Assembly: GCA_964016885.1 (NCBI GenBank)
Contig: OZ024743.1
Span: 218,674,001 to 218,738,000, forward strand
Direction: 5' to 3'
DNA length: 64,000 bases
Origin: Eledone cirrhosa
Taxonomy: Eukaryota
Positions 1 through 13,099 of this stretch are shown piece by piece; within the stretch, counting starts at the first letter, position 1; every line of letters starts with the position of its first letter. The notes below the pieces were generated by a model that did no database searches, was not told the origin of the DNA, and was given only the letters and a program-made list of their open reading frames with translations. Both the position numbers and the translations under genes were made by a program.

Positions 1-625
1 GGCCGGATGAGGCTGTGAGAGCTCCAGAAGTTCAAAGTGTTTCTCTGACACAGGATTCCATCAGTTTGGCCATACAGCTAGTAAGACTGACTGGACGATA
101 GTTGACAGGTGACATGCGGTTGCCCTTTTTGAACAGGGGAATGACACTGGCAGTTTTCCACTGCTCCGGAGTAGCACCATTGCTGAGACAGTATTGAAAG
201 AAAAAAGAAAGCTGGCGCAAAAGGAAATCCCCGCCACGTTTGAGAAGCAGGTATGTCACACCATCAAGACCAGGGGAGGCATAGTTGCGCTTATTCTTAA
301 GGTGACGTCGCAACATTGCAGGTGTAAATTCCATAGTTGTTATGGAATTTGATGTTAGAGATGGTGGAGATGGTACATTCTGGTTTTCAACAGTAAAAAT
401 ACTTGCATAGCACTCAGCAATGAGTTCTGCGCATTCCTTGGGATCGTCAGTGATCTGGCTTGTGTGGGGATTGCGAAGAGGACCAACTGGAGAGTCAGGT
501 CTCTGCTTTGAATGAACATATTTCCAGAACACCTTACTGCCAGGATTGGTTGCGATGCACTGTTCAAATTCAAGCACTGCCTTCTTTGTCACTTGCTTGA
601 GATGGTTAGAAGATTTATTCTGCTT
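1..625 (-). mobile_element. CR1-group LINE ORF2 fragment (pre-RT linker and RT start), disrupted
   Basis: Translation contains KVFWKYV..., SPGLDGV, WKTASVIPLFKKGNRMSPVNYRPVSLTSCMAKLME, which are typical CR1/L2/Jockey RT N-terminal motifs. The N-terminal part of the listed ORF 32..949 is microsatellite read-through. Confidence 0.85.
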
Positions 626-659
626 TTTTTCTGTTGGCATCTGATCTATGCAGTTTATA

Positions 660-1560
660 TCCCCGTGTCTGCCTGTATGTGACTGTGTGTGTATGTGTAT
701 GTCACTGTGTATGTGTCTGTCTCTGTGTGTGTGTGTGTGTGTGTGTGTATTTGTATGCGTGTGTATTTGTATGCGTGTGTATGTGTATGTGTGTGTCTGT
801 ATTTGTGTGTATATGATGTCTGTATCTGTGTGTTTATGTGTGTGTGTTTGTGTGTATGTCTCTGTGCACATGTGTGTCTGTATTTGTGTGTATATGTCTG
901 TATGTGTGTGTTTATGGGTGTGTGTTTGTGTGTATGTCTCTGTGCACATGTGTGTCTGTATTTGTGTGTTTATGTGTCTGTATCTGTGTGTTTATGTGTG
1001 TGTGTGTTTGTGTGTATGTCTCTGTGCACACGTGTGTGTCTGTATTTGTGTGTATATCATCTATGTATGTGTCGTTATGTAATGTCTGTATATCAATGTG
1101 TATTGGTTGTAAATTAATATATATATGTGTATGTATGTGTATATCTGTGTACATGTGTGTGTGTGTGTGTGAATGTGTGTGTGTCAGTATTTGTGGAAAT
1201 GTATATGTGAATGAAAATCTATGTATTGGTGAGTGTAATTTGTTCTGTAAGTGTGTGTGTGTGTGTGTGCTTATGGGTGTGTGTGTGTGTGCGTCTGTGT
1301 GTGTGTATGTGTGTGTGTGTATGTGTGTGTGCATGTGTGTGTGTGTGTGCATGTATCTGTGTGTGGGTGACTACGTGTGCGTCTGTTTCTGTGTGTGTGT
1401 GTGTGTGTGTGTGTGCGCGTGCGTGTGTGTGTGTGCATGTATGTGTCGATGTGTGTGTGTGTGCATGTATGTGTCGATGTGTGTGTGTGCGCATATATGT
1501 GTCTACATGAGTGTCTGTGTGTGACTGTATATGTGTCTCTTTGTCTGCTGAGTGTCTGTT

Positions 1561-1612
<52 letters not shown>

Positions 1613-2597
1613 TACATGAGTGCCTGTAAGTGCCTGTGTATGTGTCTGTGTGTGTTTCGGTGTGTATGTATCTGTGTTTGTGTGTGTGTGTATATATATA
1701 TGTATATATATATATATGTATATATATATATGTACATACGTGAGTGTCTGTGTGTGACTGTTTATGTGTCTGTGTGTGTAACTATGCATGTATATATGTG
1801 TGTGTGTGTGTATGTCTGTATTTGTGTATGCCAGTTTTTCCGAGTACCTGTATGTGTATGTTTGTGTATATATGTACATACGTGAGTATCTGTGTGTGCA
1901 ACTGTGCATGTATATGTGTGTTGATAGTGTGTGTGTGTGTGTGAAAGAGAGAGTGTGTCTGTATTTGTGTATGCCAGTTTTTCTGAGTACCTGTATGTGT
2001 ATGTTTGTGTGTGTGTGGGTCTACATATATGTATTTGTGTGTGTGCGCGCGTGTGTGAATGTTTTGTGTCTGTGTGTGCGTGTGTATCTGTATGTCTGCT
2101 TTTGTGTATGCCTGTATTTATGCGTGCATGTGTATGTTGTATATGTGTCTACATGTGTGTGAGTGTGTGTGTGTGCATGCATGTTTTGAGTGTGTGTGGG
2201 TATCTGTGTGTGTGGGGGTATCTGTGTGTGCGTGTGTATCTGTATGTCTGCATTTGTGTATGCCTGTATTTATGTGTGCATGTGTATGTTTGTATATGTG
2301 TGTGTCTACATATATGTATTTGTGTGTGAGCATGTGTATATATGTCTGTATTTGTGAGGGAATATATATATACATGCCAATATGTAATGTGTGTATGTTT
2401 ATGTGATGTATTAATTTAATATATAATTTAATATGTACTAGCATGTATGTATAAATGCTTGTGACTGTATGTGTGTATGTATGTATTTGCATATGTCTGT
2501 TTTTGTGTGTGTATACACATAAAAGTGTGTATGTGTGTGTCTCTAATGTGTATTTGTGGTAATTTAGTTTGTATGTGTGTGCGTGTGTGTGTGTGTT

Positions 2598-2629
<32 letters not shown>

Positions 2630-2862
2630 TATGTGTGTGTGTGTGTGTGTGTGTTTGTGTGTGTGTATCTATGTGTGTAAATATCATTTATATAATGTGT
2701 ATTGGTTGCAATTTAGTGTGTGTGAGAGAGAGAGAGAGAGGAAGAGAGAGAGTAAATGTGACTATGTGAATACATGTATGTATGTTAGCATATGTAATTT
2801 AGGGCATCGAGTGTATGAATGTGCATAGATGTGGATATTTATTTGTGTCTATATATATATAT

Positions 2863-2911
<49 letters not shown>

Positions 2912-2930
2912 TTAAGTATCGAGAGAGAGA
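660..2930. repeat. Degenerate (TG)n/(TA)n/(GA)n microsatellite field with local ~80 bp higher-order repeats
   Basis: Visible dinucleotide repeats; TCTGTGCACA recurs at 861, 939 and 1021. Confidence 0.95.
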
Positions 2931-3063
2931 AAAGAAGAGATAAGTGATACATATATTTAGTTGCCAATAGCTTGTGCAAATGTGCTCAATACTTGTGCCT
3001 ACAGGGTTAAATATTAGAAGTGTTAATATCTAGCGGGCGAGAATATAAGCAGAGCGGTTACAA

Positions 3064-3392
3064 GTGGAATGAATACAAAGGAGAATATACTGTTAAAACA
3101 TGTTTATATAAAAATGTACCTACGTACGTTTTGCCCCAAAAGGGCTTCTCAAGGGCATAGAAAACAAAAAAATGTTTAGTACCTTTAGTACCTCTGTGGC
3201 AAAAACAACACACGTGCTTGAACGAAGAATGAACTCTGATGTAAATTTAACCTTAAAACCCCTCCTGGGTCACGTACTAAACATTTTTTTGTTTTCTATG
3301 CTCTTGAGAAGCCCTTTTGGGGCGAAACGTACATAGGTGCATTTTTATATAAACATGTTTTAACGGTATATTCTCCTGTGTATTCATTCCAC
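3064..3392. mobile_element. Inverted repeat (119 bp arms, 91 bp spacer), probable inverted PLE pseudo-LTR
   Basis: 3064-3182 is the reverse complement of 3274-3392, and each arm carries a hammerhead-like motif. Confidence 0.8.
3298..3342 (+). ncRNA. Minimal type-I hammerhead ribozyme motif, U3:A8 core variant (second copy 3114-3158 on minus)
   Basis: atgctc-TTGAGAA-gccc tttt ggggc-GAAA-cgtaca-TA-ggtgcat. The other arm has palindromic cgtacg but AAAA instead of GAAA. Confidence 0.6.
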
Positions 3393-3849
3393 ATCCTTAT
3401 CGAGCCCTCTTTGGATTTTAGTCTTCAAATTTATTATTATTACTATATATATATATATATATATATATATGTGCGCATGCAGGTGTGTATAATTTATGAG
3501 AGTGTGGGCATTTGTGTGTGTCAGTGCATGCATGTGTGTATATGTATGAGTGTTTATGTGTGTGCATGTACGTATGGATGTGCGAACGCATATGTCTGTG
3601 TATGCATGTGTGGGTGCTTATGTGCATGAGTGTGTATGCGTGTGTGTGCATGTGTGTAGGTGTGGGTGTTTGTCTAAATGTATGGATATTTATGTGCATG
3701 AGTGTGTGCATGCATGTGTCTGCATGTGTCCACATGAGGGTGTTTATGTGTGTGAGTGCATGTGTGTGCAGGCCTGTGGGTGTATGTCAACATAGTTGAT
3801 TAATTATGTCTACCATCTTCTGCTTCCTCTTATCATATGACATGTTCAC

Positions 3850-5010
3850 AATGGCTGGAGAGACAGATCGAGATTGGTGAACCAGACAAAGACATCATTT
3901 GTGGTATTATAGATTGCATCCAGGCCACCGGGAAAATGTCTGAGGGGGCAATCCTGAAGAACATACAGCACTGTCTGGTTAGGGTCCCCCACAATCACAT
4001 GCTGGGCTAGCTTTCATTTTCAGTTGATAGAGATGATGGTCTGTCCTGGCATGTGTTGTGTGGACCCGTTTAAGGGACACCCATTGCTTTCTAGGAAGGT
4101 CAAAGCTGGCTGGCTTAGATGTGGGGCCCTACACAAGGGTTTGGTTAGACTCATTCCATGATCTTCACCACTCTTCTATCAGATTAAAGTTATTGTCTTG
4201 AAGGGTCTTCAGTGATTCCCAGAATTGTTTGCCTGATTTCAAGAGCATGTTGGGAAGGTTTTCCAGGTCGTCATGGATGGGAAGGTCAGGCTTGGACTTG
4301 GTAAGAAGTGCTGTCTCATGGATCATCTCCTGACACTGCATGTGAGAAGGAGCTATATGAGAAAGGGTAGGCATCCACTGAATAGGAGTATATTTGATTG
4401 ACATAGTAGCTCCCTGTCCAGACTGGTGAACAGTACTTTGCAACTGAGTATGCAAGTGCTAAGCATGCAGTCCTGAGTGTGTGCATCAGACTCCAGCTGT
4501 CTCCTGCTAACTTGTGGTTGATATTAATCCTAGTCTTGAGCTTTATGGCAACCCTTTTTAAGTGATCTTGGTTGGCCTCAATCTTGGTAGGCCTCAATCT
4601 TGGTCTGGCCTGAATCCAATGGTTCATTTTTGACAGGTTTACCACAGAAGGATACTTGAGTTCCATCCTAACTTGTCTGGTGCTGAGATAGAAGGCTTTC
4701 ACAGTGGTCTTGCTTGGGTTGGGCTGAAGGTACCAAGAGGAGTAGTAGTTCTTCATCTTCTTCAGGTCTTCTGTGAGTGTAAAGTTGATTTTGTCAAAAT
4801 TAGTAAATTGGGTAGCCAAGGCAAGGTCATCTGCATATACACATTTCCTCAAAGTTGTCCTGGGCATATCACTCACATAGCTATTAAAGAGCATTAGTGC
4901 CAGGATGGAACCTTGAAGAAGGCCATCATTCAGGGTTCTGGTTGAACTTGTTTGCCCTCTTAGTGACATTCTGAATCTTCTGTTATTGAGTATAGAGATA
5001 AGGATATCTA
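3850..5010 (-). mobile_element. Vingi/Ingi-like LINE remnant (RT C-terminal half), decayed
   Basis: GLLQGSILALMLFNSYVSDMP, YADDLALATQ, YYSSWYLQPNPSKT and LRTACLALAYSVAKYCSPVW resemble Vingi-clade RT; frameshifted. Confidence 0.7.
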
Positions 5011-5804
5011 GCACCCAAGCACAGTTTATGTCACCCAAATTTCACTCACATGGAGTATGACAAACCCAGGTTTTAGTGGTAGACATTTGCTCTAAAATTC
5101 TGAGTAGTGGATTTGAATCTGGATCTATTTGATTCATAGAGAATTCATTATATGACATAAGGTTTAGAGAATTGCAGGACAATTCAAACACAATAGCCAC
5201 ATAAAAGAAAATGGAAAGAAATTAATTGTCAGGTCAGAGCAAGGAAGTTAGGTTTTCATTGGTATTTCGATAACTGATACTATCTGCCAATTGCAACTCC
5301 TGATAGATGTGTCATTTTTTTTTCTGGCGAAAGGAGCTGGGATTTGAATTTAGAATGCAGAGAACTGGAACAAATACCGAAATATGTAAACCAATGCTCT
5401 GACAACTTTGCCAATTCATTGCTTACATGAAACAAAGGATTTCAAAATAATAACAAAGATGAAAAGAAAAGAAAAAGAAATGACCTAAGCTCAGAAGTAC
5501 TTCTCTCTAATTTCACAGTTGTTCTTAACTCTGTAACCCCCAGATCATGTTTGATTGACAGACCTATGATCAAAGTCATTCCAGCTATGACCACCCTGTC
5601 AAGCAGATGTGAAAAAAAAATTTTTCAATAGAACATCAACCCCAGTCTATTATCTCAAGTTAACATTTTCAGATGATCTGATGTCAATTCCTGACAGCTA
5701 AATAAATTGGAGTCAGTACTATTTAGCACACTTTATATTTGAACACAACACATTTTTTCTTGTTTTTCCTTTGTTGCTTCAATCCTGAAAACCACAAAGA
5801 GTCC

Positions 5805-6057
5805 TTAACCCTTTTGATACCAAACAATATTAAACCATCCCTGGTTCTATGATACAAAATTGTTTATTTTAAGGTTTCTATATTTATCTAAAAACCTTCC
5901 AGACATAATTCAACATAAAAGAACCTTTGTTTTGTTCAAAACACCAGCTTCGTAATGAGAAAGTTAATTATATTACTAAATCCTTCCAAGTTCTAGATTT
6001 TTTTTTTTTAAATATTGGCAGTGCTTTTCATTAGAAATATAGTAATGAAAGGATTAA
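5805..6057. mobile_element. piggyBac-like MITE
   Basis: TTAA-CCCTTT...GAAAGGA-TTAA termini. Confidence 0.55.
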
Positions 6058-6799
6058 CACCCTAGCACCAACCTAGCCTTGGTCATGGACCTTCAACCAT
6101 AAATGTTTTATTTTATGTTTTGTCTATTTATATAAATGGAGGTAATTCTGTAGTTGAAATAAAAATCAATTGAATTGAAAACTTGAAATGAAATTGAAAT
6201 TGAGCTGTCACAGAGGAGCTGACAAAGGAATGTGGTGAATGGGGAAATTGTTTACAAGTGTGGAAAACAGACATAAAAACGAAGACAATGATGATGGTAT
6301 AAATATGAATAGTAGTAGTAGTGGTTGTTGTTGTTGTTTAGTCCCATGTTAGCCTGAACATTCCATTTTTTCACATAATGGATCTAAGAATGCATTATCC
6401 AATGAGACCTACCATTTCATAAGATAAAAAGCCATGATTTTAGGGATAGTTTGCTGTTATTTCTAGCAGATCAAGCAACCACGTTCAGGGTTCCCCTCTG
6501 GTTTGTCATTTTGCTTATTGTTCAGTAGCCTTGCACAGTTGTTCCTGAGCAAATCCATGATATGTGGATAACAGGTCAAATTTTGTAGAGCAATCTGCAT
6601 GTCCAAAACTCCCTCTAATAGGTAGATATGAAATTTTTGACAAGCTTGTCTTGGGTGGAACTGTGGCACCTTGAGCTAATAGCTTCAGATTGACCCACAT
6701 AAAAGAACGTGCAAAGAATTTTAAATGAAGGAGAATAAAATTGTGATAACCTCTTGGAATGAACTGCATTTGTTTGTTGGATTTTCACCAATAGGAATA

Positions 6800-7215
6800 A
6801 ATTGTAATAATAAATGAAATAGACAAAATCTCACAATGTCATGAAAGGCCATTGACATTATGTAAAACTCACTAATACTAAAGAGAATGGAAAAAGATGA
6901 AATAAAAAGAAAATGAACAAGAGAAAAAGAAAAAAGGATCAAGCGGCGAAATAGAGGGAGAGGGGGAGGGACAATCACTACACTCCAGGCTGAGTAGTGC
7001 TTCAGCCATGCCCCAATGGACAAAACCACAAAAACATTATTGCGAAGAATGACCAGAGACACCCACTGTAACAGCCACTCCACCTCATGGGACTCCTTCT
7101 TCAAGCAGGCTGCCTTCTTTCCAACTGTACAGAGGAATTCAACAGTGTGGGAACCAAGGACACCAGAGGTCTCGAAGGAGACCTGTGCAAAGAGGAAGCA
7201 GTTGGTCAGGTCCTG
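6800..7215 (-). mobile_element. 3' end of an RLE-type (CRE-like) non-LTR element
   Basis: FAQVSFETSGVLGSHTVEFLCTVGKKAA...EVEWLLQWVSLVILRNN matches the C-terminal P..ET.G..G...FL...LQR.S.AI.RGN pattern. Related copies lie at 29790-30220, 42900-43170 and 57400-57660. Confidence 0.6.
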
Positions 7216-7792
7216 TATCAGTAAAACTGTGTAGATATACATTATGCATAAACCATTGGACTGTACCAGTTCATGGATAGTAAATACTGAGCTTCACATC
7301 AACCCAAGCACTATCAGTAAAACTGGGTAGGTATACACTATATGTAAACCATTGGACTGTAATGGTTCATGGATAGTAAACATTAATTTATTGTCTGGTT
7401 TTAACATCATCTGGCTTTAGGTGCAGAATACATTTTGTTGCAAATATTCAGAACATGAGCATTATGCTCTGAAAATAACTTGATGTATTGATGTGCTGAG
7501 TGCCCACCCTAGATATACTTCTCCAATCCACACGTACCTCTCCCACCCCAGCCCCCATTCAACAGTCCACACTGTAATGTGGTTATTTTGGTGCCATGAC
7601 AAAAATCGACCAGTCCATTCTGTAAACTGGTTATGTTGGTGAAACAACAAAAAATGCCCAGTCCACACTGTAAAGTGGTCATAAAGCTGAACACAGGCAT
7701 AGAATACAAAAATACAAATACACATAGGGGAGCAGCAATGCAATTCTTCATCCTGCAAGAAATAGCAGCCAAATTTCCCTCAAGTCACACCC

Positions 7793-7999
7793 TTAACCCT
7801 TTAACATCTACATTACACTATATATACTATTGTATTTTCACATAATTATTTTACATAATATCGAATCTATGAGATTTTGATATTTATTTTGAAAACAATA
7901 CCTTGACATCAGTATGAGTGGCTGGTTATGGCTGGTTTGAACAGAAAGAGGTGAGAGAATTCTAGCCGGATATGACCGATTTAACTGCTAAATGGTTAA
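7793..7999. mobile_element. piggyBac-like MITE nested in another repeat
   Basis: TTAA-CCCTTTA...TAAATGG-TTAA termini. Confidence 0.55.
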
Positions 8000-8371
8000 A
8001 TAAAAGGGGGACATTGTATTATGTAGTCCCTGATATACAAAACATATGAAAGGGTCATAGCTGGAATGGTTTTTATTATAGGTTTACTTGATGAAGGCTG
8101 ATCTGAGGTTAACTAGCAGCATACAATGTAGTTACAGACTTAATATCTCTAGGGTTAAACAAAAAAGAAAAGAGAAAATTAAAATGGAATGAAGAAAGCT
8201 AGAATGTATTTGATCAGAGGGTTGTACTATCAGAGTAAACCTAGGGCTAAACAATAACACCAATAACTTGGATTTTCAGTAATAATCACATTGGAAAAGT
8301 AAAATGACTACCATAGCAAATTGAAAATGGGTCACATGTTTGACTTGTAAGAAAACTTTACTTCTAAATGA

Positions 8372-8416
<45 letters not shown>

Positions 8417-9224
8417 ATATATGCATGTTTATGTATGTGTGTGTGTGTGGATGATAAAAGATAAATCTAACATTCACTAATAGAAAAAATACCAATAAAA
8501 TTTACAACACTTAAAAGGTTAAAAAAAGAAAAAATTAGAGAGTAATTTAATATAAATTTCAAAACAGTCAATACATAATAACAAAGGAAGGAACAAAAAT
8601 ATAAAAACAAAACGAAAGAAAGAGAAGAAGAAAGAAGGAAAGAAATAAAGAAAGAAAGGAAGGAGGGAAAAAGAAAGGTAGAGAACCAGAACAGAAGACA
8701 AATTTGTTTTAACAAATTTCTTCCAAGTTTAATAAAAGAAGGTAAAACTCAAAATTTACACAAAAATATACACAAACATAATATTGGGGGAAAAAAATAA
8801 CACACGTATTCACATCACACACAAAAAAAATTTTTTAAAGACATAAAAGAAAAACTTATGGATGAATAAATAAATAAATAAAAAAAATATTTATATAATT
8901 AATTACAACAGAAAAATATAAAATATATAAATAAAAATAATTACCTGGTATTGTAAACACACACACAACAGAGAGAGTGTAAAGAAGTGAAAAGGTAATA
9001 AGAGAAACAAGAAAAAGACAGTTACGACAACAACAATTACAACAAGAAGAATTGTAGGAGACAACATTGCAATCCAATTAAAAATAGTAAAAAGATATAT
9101 AACGAGTGGCGTCAAATTATTTCTTCACTCAGTGTATTTTAATGTTCCACAACTGTCAGTCTCTATTGCTGTTCTCAAGAAACGGCTACTTAGTTTATTA
9201 GAAAAAAAAAAAAAAAATAATATC

Positions 9225-9305
9225 AAATATACATATATATATATAATATCAAATATATATATATATATAGATGTACATATATATATATATATATAAGTAC
9301 ACATA

Positions 9306-9341
<36 letters not shown>

Positions 9342-9401
9342 CATATATATATATATGTGTGCATATATATATGTATATATATATATATACATGTATATAT
9401 G

Positions 9402-9447
<46 letters not shown>

Positions 9448-9561
9448 TATATATATATATATATATGTACATATATATATGTACATATATATATGTATAT
9501 ATATATATATATATGTACATATATATATATATATATATATATGTACATATATATATATATA
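9225..9561. repeat. (TA)n/(TACA) microsatellite
   Basis: Direct observation. Confidence 0.95.
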
Positions 9562-9955
9562 TCATTGGATACCATCAGGGTTGCAGGTGTTATATCAGAG
9601 TTCTCCTTCTCCTAGAATTCAATGATGGTATCCAATGATGTTGACTTGTTCTTCTTTTTGGTAAATATCATCTTGGTCAAGAGAGTGGGACTGGCTTTGT
9701 GCAGTGCTTTTGCTCACTATAAAAGCTTCACGGCACAGGCATTGCTTTAAATCTGGAGATCTCTCTGCACTTGTCGTCATATGGTACCATGGGCCCAGCA
9801 CTATGTGACAATAATTGTCACAGGTGTAGTGTTTGTACCAGAGTTTTCAAGTCGCTGGCTGGATTAAAAAGTCACACTCGTTCAGCGCATCGGTAGGGGT
9901 ACTCCTACATGGATATAAAGTAGTGGCCGTACTCGAAAACGAGTTGGCAGCCACC
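9561..9955 (+). mobile_element. Non-autonomous retro-like repeat; opposite-orientation copy at 35706-35986
   Basis: 9672-9953 is near-identical to the reverse complement of 35706-35986. Both copies are embedded in TA tracts. Confidence 0.65.
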
Positions 9956-10012
9956 ATATATATATATGTATATATATATATATGTACATATCTATATATG
10001 TAATATATATAT

Positions 10013-10634
10013 ATATTGTTATACTTGGGGAGGGTCATATTTGTGTAATATTGCCAGAATTAATAACAGAACACACTCACTATTTGGTTGGTTTTCGCTT
10101 TTCGCTTCTGTGTCTTTTATATCGGTAATCTAATTTATTCGGTCCTCAATGTTGCCATTGACTGACCAACAGTCAAAAATAATACAGATACAATATAGAC
10201 ACAAACACATATATATTGTTTATCAAAGTTCTTTCGTTGCACATCTGCAACATCGTCAGTGGTGCTATTGTTTCCTCCCGTTACATTGTATTTTGTATTT
10301 TCTACGCCAACTTTATTTAGTCTCTTTAGACTAAATAAAGATGGCTTAGAAAATACAAAATACAATGTAACGGGAGGAATAGCACCACTGACAATGTTGC
10401 AGATGTGCAACGAAAGAACTTTGATAAACTATATATATGTGTTTGTGTCTATATTGTATCTGTATTATTTTTGACCGTTGGTCAGTCAATGGCAACATTG
10501 AGGACCGAATAAATTAGATTACCGATATAAAAGACACAGAAGCGAAAAGCGAAAACCAACCAAACAGTGAGTGTGTTCTGTTATTAATTCTGGCAATATT
10601 ACACAAATATGACCATCCCCAAGTATAACAATAT
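10013..10634. mobile_element. ~310 bp-arm foldback palindrome with 4-nt loop, carrying hammerhead-like motifs (probable PLE pseudo-LTR)
   Basis: 10013-10323 is the reverse complement of 10328-10634, with loop CTTT. CTGACGA-t-gttgca gatg tgcaac-GAAA lies at 10222-10264 (-), with a CTGACAA copy at 10384-10427 (+). Confidence 0.8.
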
Positions 10635-11365
10635 TTGTTTCGACACACGATTTCATATCAAAAACCTCGCAAAACTAATTCATCGCCGTTCAAAACTAAT
10701 TCATCGTTCATTGCCACTAATATTATTGTAAAATTTTTTTATTTCTTGTCCAATTCTTTAAAGTTTTATCTTAGTTTCTTGTCCTATTATTTTAAAGTTT
10801 TATTTTAGTTTCTTGTCCTGTATTTTTAAAGGTTTATATTCCAACAATATTACTTTTTTTTGCTGTACGCATTTTTCTATCTGGTCTACTATTTTTTAAG
10901 GCAATGCAAGCAACAACTATCTAATAATTAAAAGATCATAGGGAATTACTGACAAGTGATTGACATTTTAAAGTTCTTTTGAGTATAATTGCAATCTAGT
11001 TGAGGCAACTGGCTTAATGACAAAGCTAGTAAATCATGAATGCATTTGAGATGATTAGTGCATAATAGTGAATTGGTGAAACTTGTGCATTTCAATGGTG
11101 TTACGGATAAAAACTGATACTGCTGTCTACGACCTTTATATAGGATTGTCATGTTTCTCTGTATCTGCAATGTGGGTATACAAAATAAGAATTATGATAT
11201 TTTATTTAAAATCCCCAAAAATGCTGTGCATGAAAACTTCAAAAAGTAATTCTATTTCTATTGATGACCTCTTAGTTGCTCATACTAATTTTGTAAAAGA
11301 TTTCAAGCCAATAATCAGAATGATCTGGTATAATTTTTATGCAGATAAATGACTAATTAGTATAA

Positions 11366-11431
11366 AGGGCCATCCAGATATCATGTGGACACCGCGAACC
11401 AAAAATGGTCACATGATATCTGGATGGCTCC
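11366..11431. mobile_element. 66-bp PIF/Harbinger-like mini-MITE
   Basis: TAA | AGGGCCATCCAGATATCATGTG ... CACATGATATCTGGATGGCTCC | TAA: ~22 bp TIRs and a 3-bp TAA TSD. Confidence 0.65.
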
Positions 11432-11816
11432 TAAGCATCCCCTCAACATGGCGGGGACATGGGTCATCATCGTGGAGCACTCACCTATTTTTAAAATATT
11501 AGACTATGATAAATGAATTTAGTTAAAAATACAATTTGAAATATATTAGATTACCTCCCCTTGTAATTACCTCGTAATTACCTCCCCTAGCGTCACGCTT
11601 ACTACTCACTCACTTGAACACAAGATTTATCAGCAAACTTTGATTATAAACTTTTTCCCGCTGGACCAAATTTCTAGATTTTTAAGCCAAAAGATGCTCA
11701 TATAAGTTTTATCTCAGTTAAATAAAGTAGAGCCGCGCTGTACTGTCGTAAACAGACGATTGCCAACGAAAACACGACCACAACAATATTACTAAATGGA
11801 CTACCATCCGTTTAGG

Positions 11817-12218
11817 ATATGTATATATATATATACATATAAATATATATATATACATATATATATGTATATATATATATACATATAAATATATATATAT
11901 ACATATATATATGTATATATATATATACATATAAATATATATATATACATATATATATACATATAAATATATATATATACATATATATATGTATATATAT
12001 ATATACATATAAATATATATATATACATATATATATACATATAAATATATATATATATACATATATATATGTATATATATATATACATATAAATATATAT
12101 ATATACATATATATATACATATAAATATATATATATATATACATATATATATGTATATATATATATATAAATATATATATATACATATATATATGTATAT
12201 ATATATATATATATATAC

Positions 12219-12253
<35 letters not shown>

Positions 12254-12254
12254 C

Positions 12255-12289
<35 letters not shown>

Positions 12290-12303
12290 TACATATATAT
12301 ACC

Positions 12304-12345
<42 letters not shown>

Positions 12346-12385
12346 CATATATATATACATATATATATATATACATATATATATG

Positions 12386-12419
<34 letters not shown>

Positions 12420-12435
12420 CATATATATATATGTA
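11817..12435. repeat. (TA)n compound microsatellite
   Basis: Direct observation. Confidence 0.95.
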
Positions 12436-12480
12436 TTAAGAGAGTAAAACAAAGAATCCTTTAATACATCAAAAGTTTTT

Positions 12481-12525
12481 ATTAGCCGACAATGTTTCGT
12501 CCTATTAAGGACTCATCAGGGCAAT
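12481..12525 (-). ncRNA. Minimal type-I hammerhead ribozyme
   Basis: Reverse complement reads attgcc-CTGATGA-gtcc ttaata ggac-GAAA-c att g-TC-ggctaat, running into AATAAA. Canonical core with a GUC cleavage triplet. Confidence 0.85.
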
Positions 12526-13099
12526 CAAAACAACAAGAAGTAATATCGGCAGATACAAGCCGGAAGCTCCGAAGAATATGGAGTGTACATACACTAAAGT
12601 CTTGCAAAAATATATAATAAAAATAAAAATAAAAATAAAAATAAAAATAAAAATAATAAAAATATATAATAAGAATAACTAAGGATGTATATAACATTAA
12701 GAACCATATTACAAATATAGTCCAAAGCAACTAACCTAAAGCTAAACAAATGTGGTTATATAGAGCAGGAATTATATATAACACAATGTAATATAACATA
12801 ATACATTATAATAATATACCTTTACCAACATTAAAATTACAATTAAAAATCAAAAGGTACAATATATACATGTATATATGTGCGCACACACACACACACA
12901 TATATACAACAATACGCACATCTATGTTCAACTACACAAATTAAGCCTTATTAGAAGTTTGAATATAAAAATAAGCATGATAAGAGTGAAAATAATACCA
13001 ATACATCTACCCAATATACATGAGGCAATAATATGATATAATTACAAGAGACACATATAATAAATAATAAACAATAAAACCGACGAGTCAGATGGGACG

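Noticed and set aside
634-2828. Many long ORFs rich in C/V/M or H/T
   Set aside because: Translations of (TG)n/(CA)n microsatellite, which lacks stop codons; no coding signal.
5101-5175. Minus-strand YNE...DP as a candidate next kinesin exon (YLEIYNE)
   Set aside because: Surrounding residues do not match and no suitable splice sites were found.
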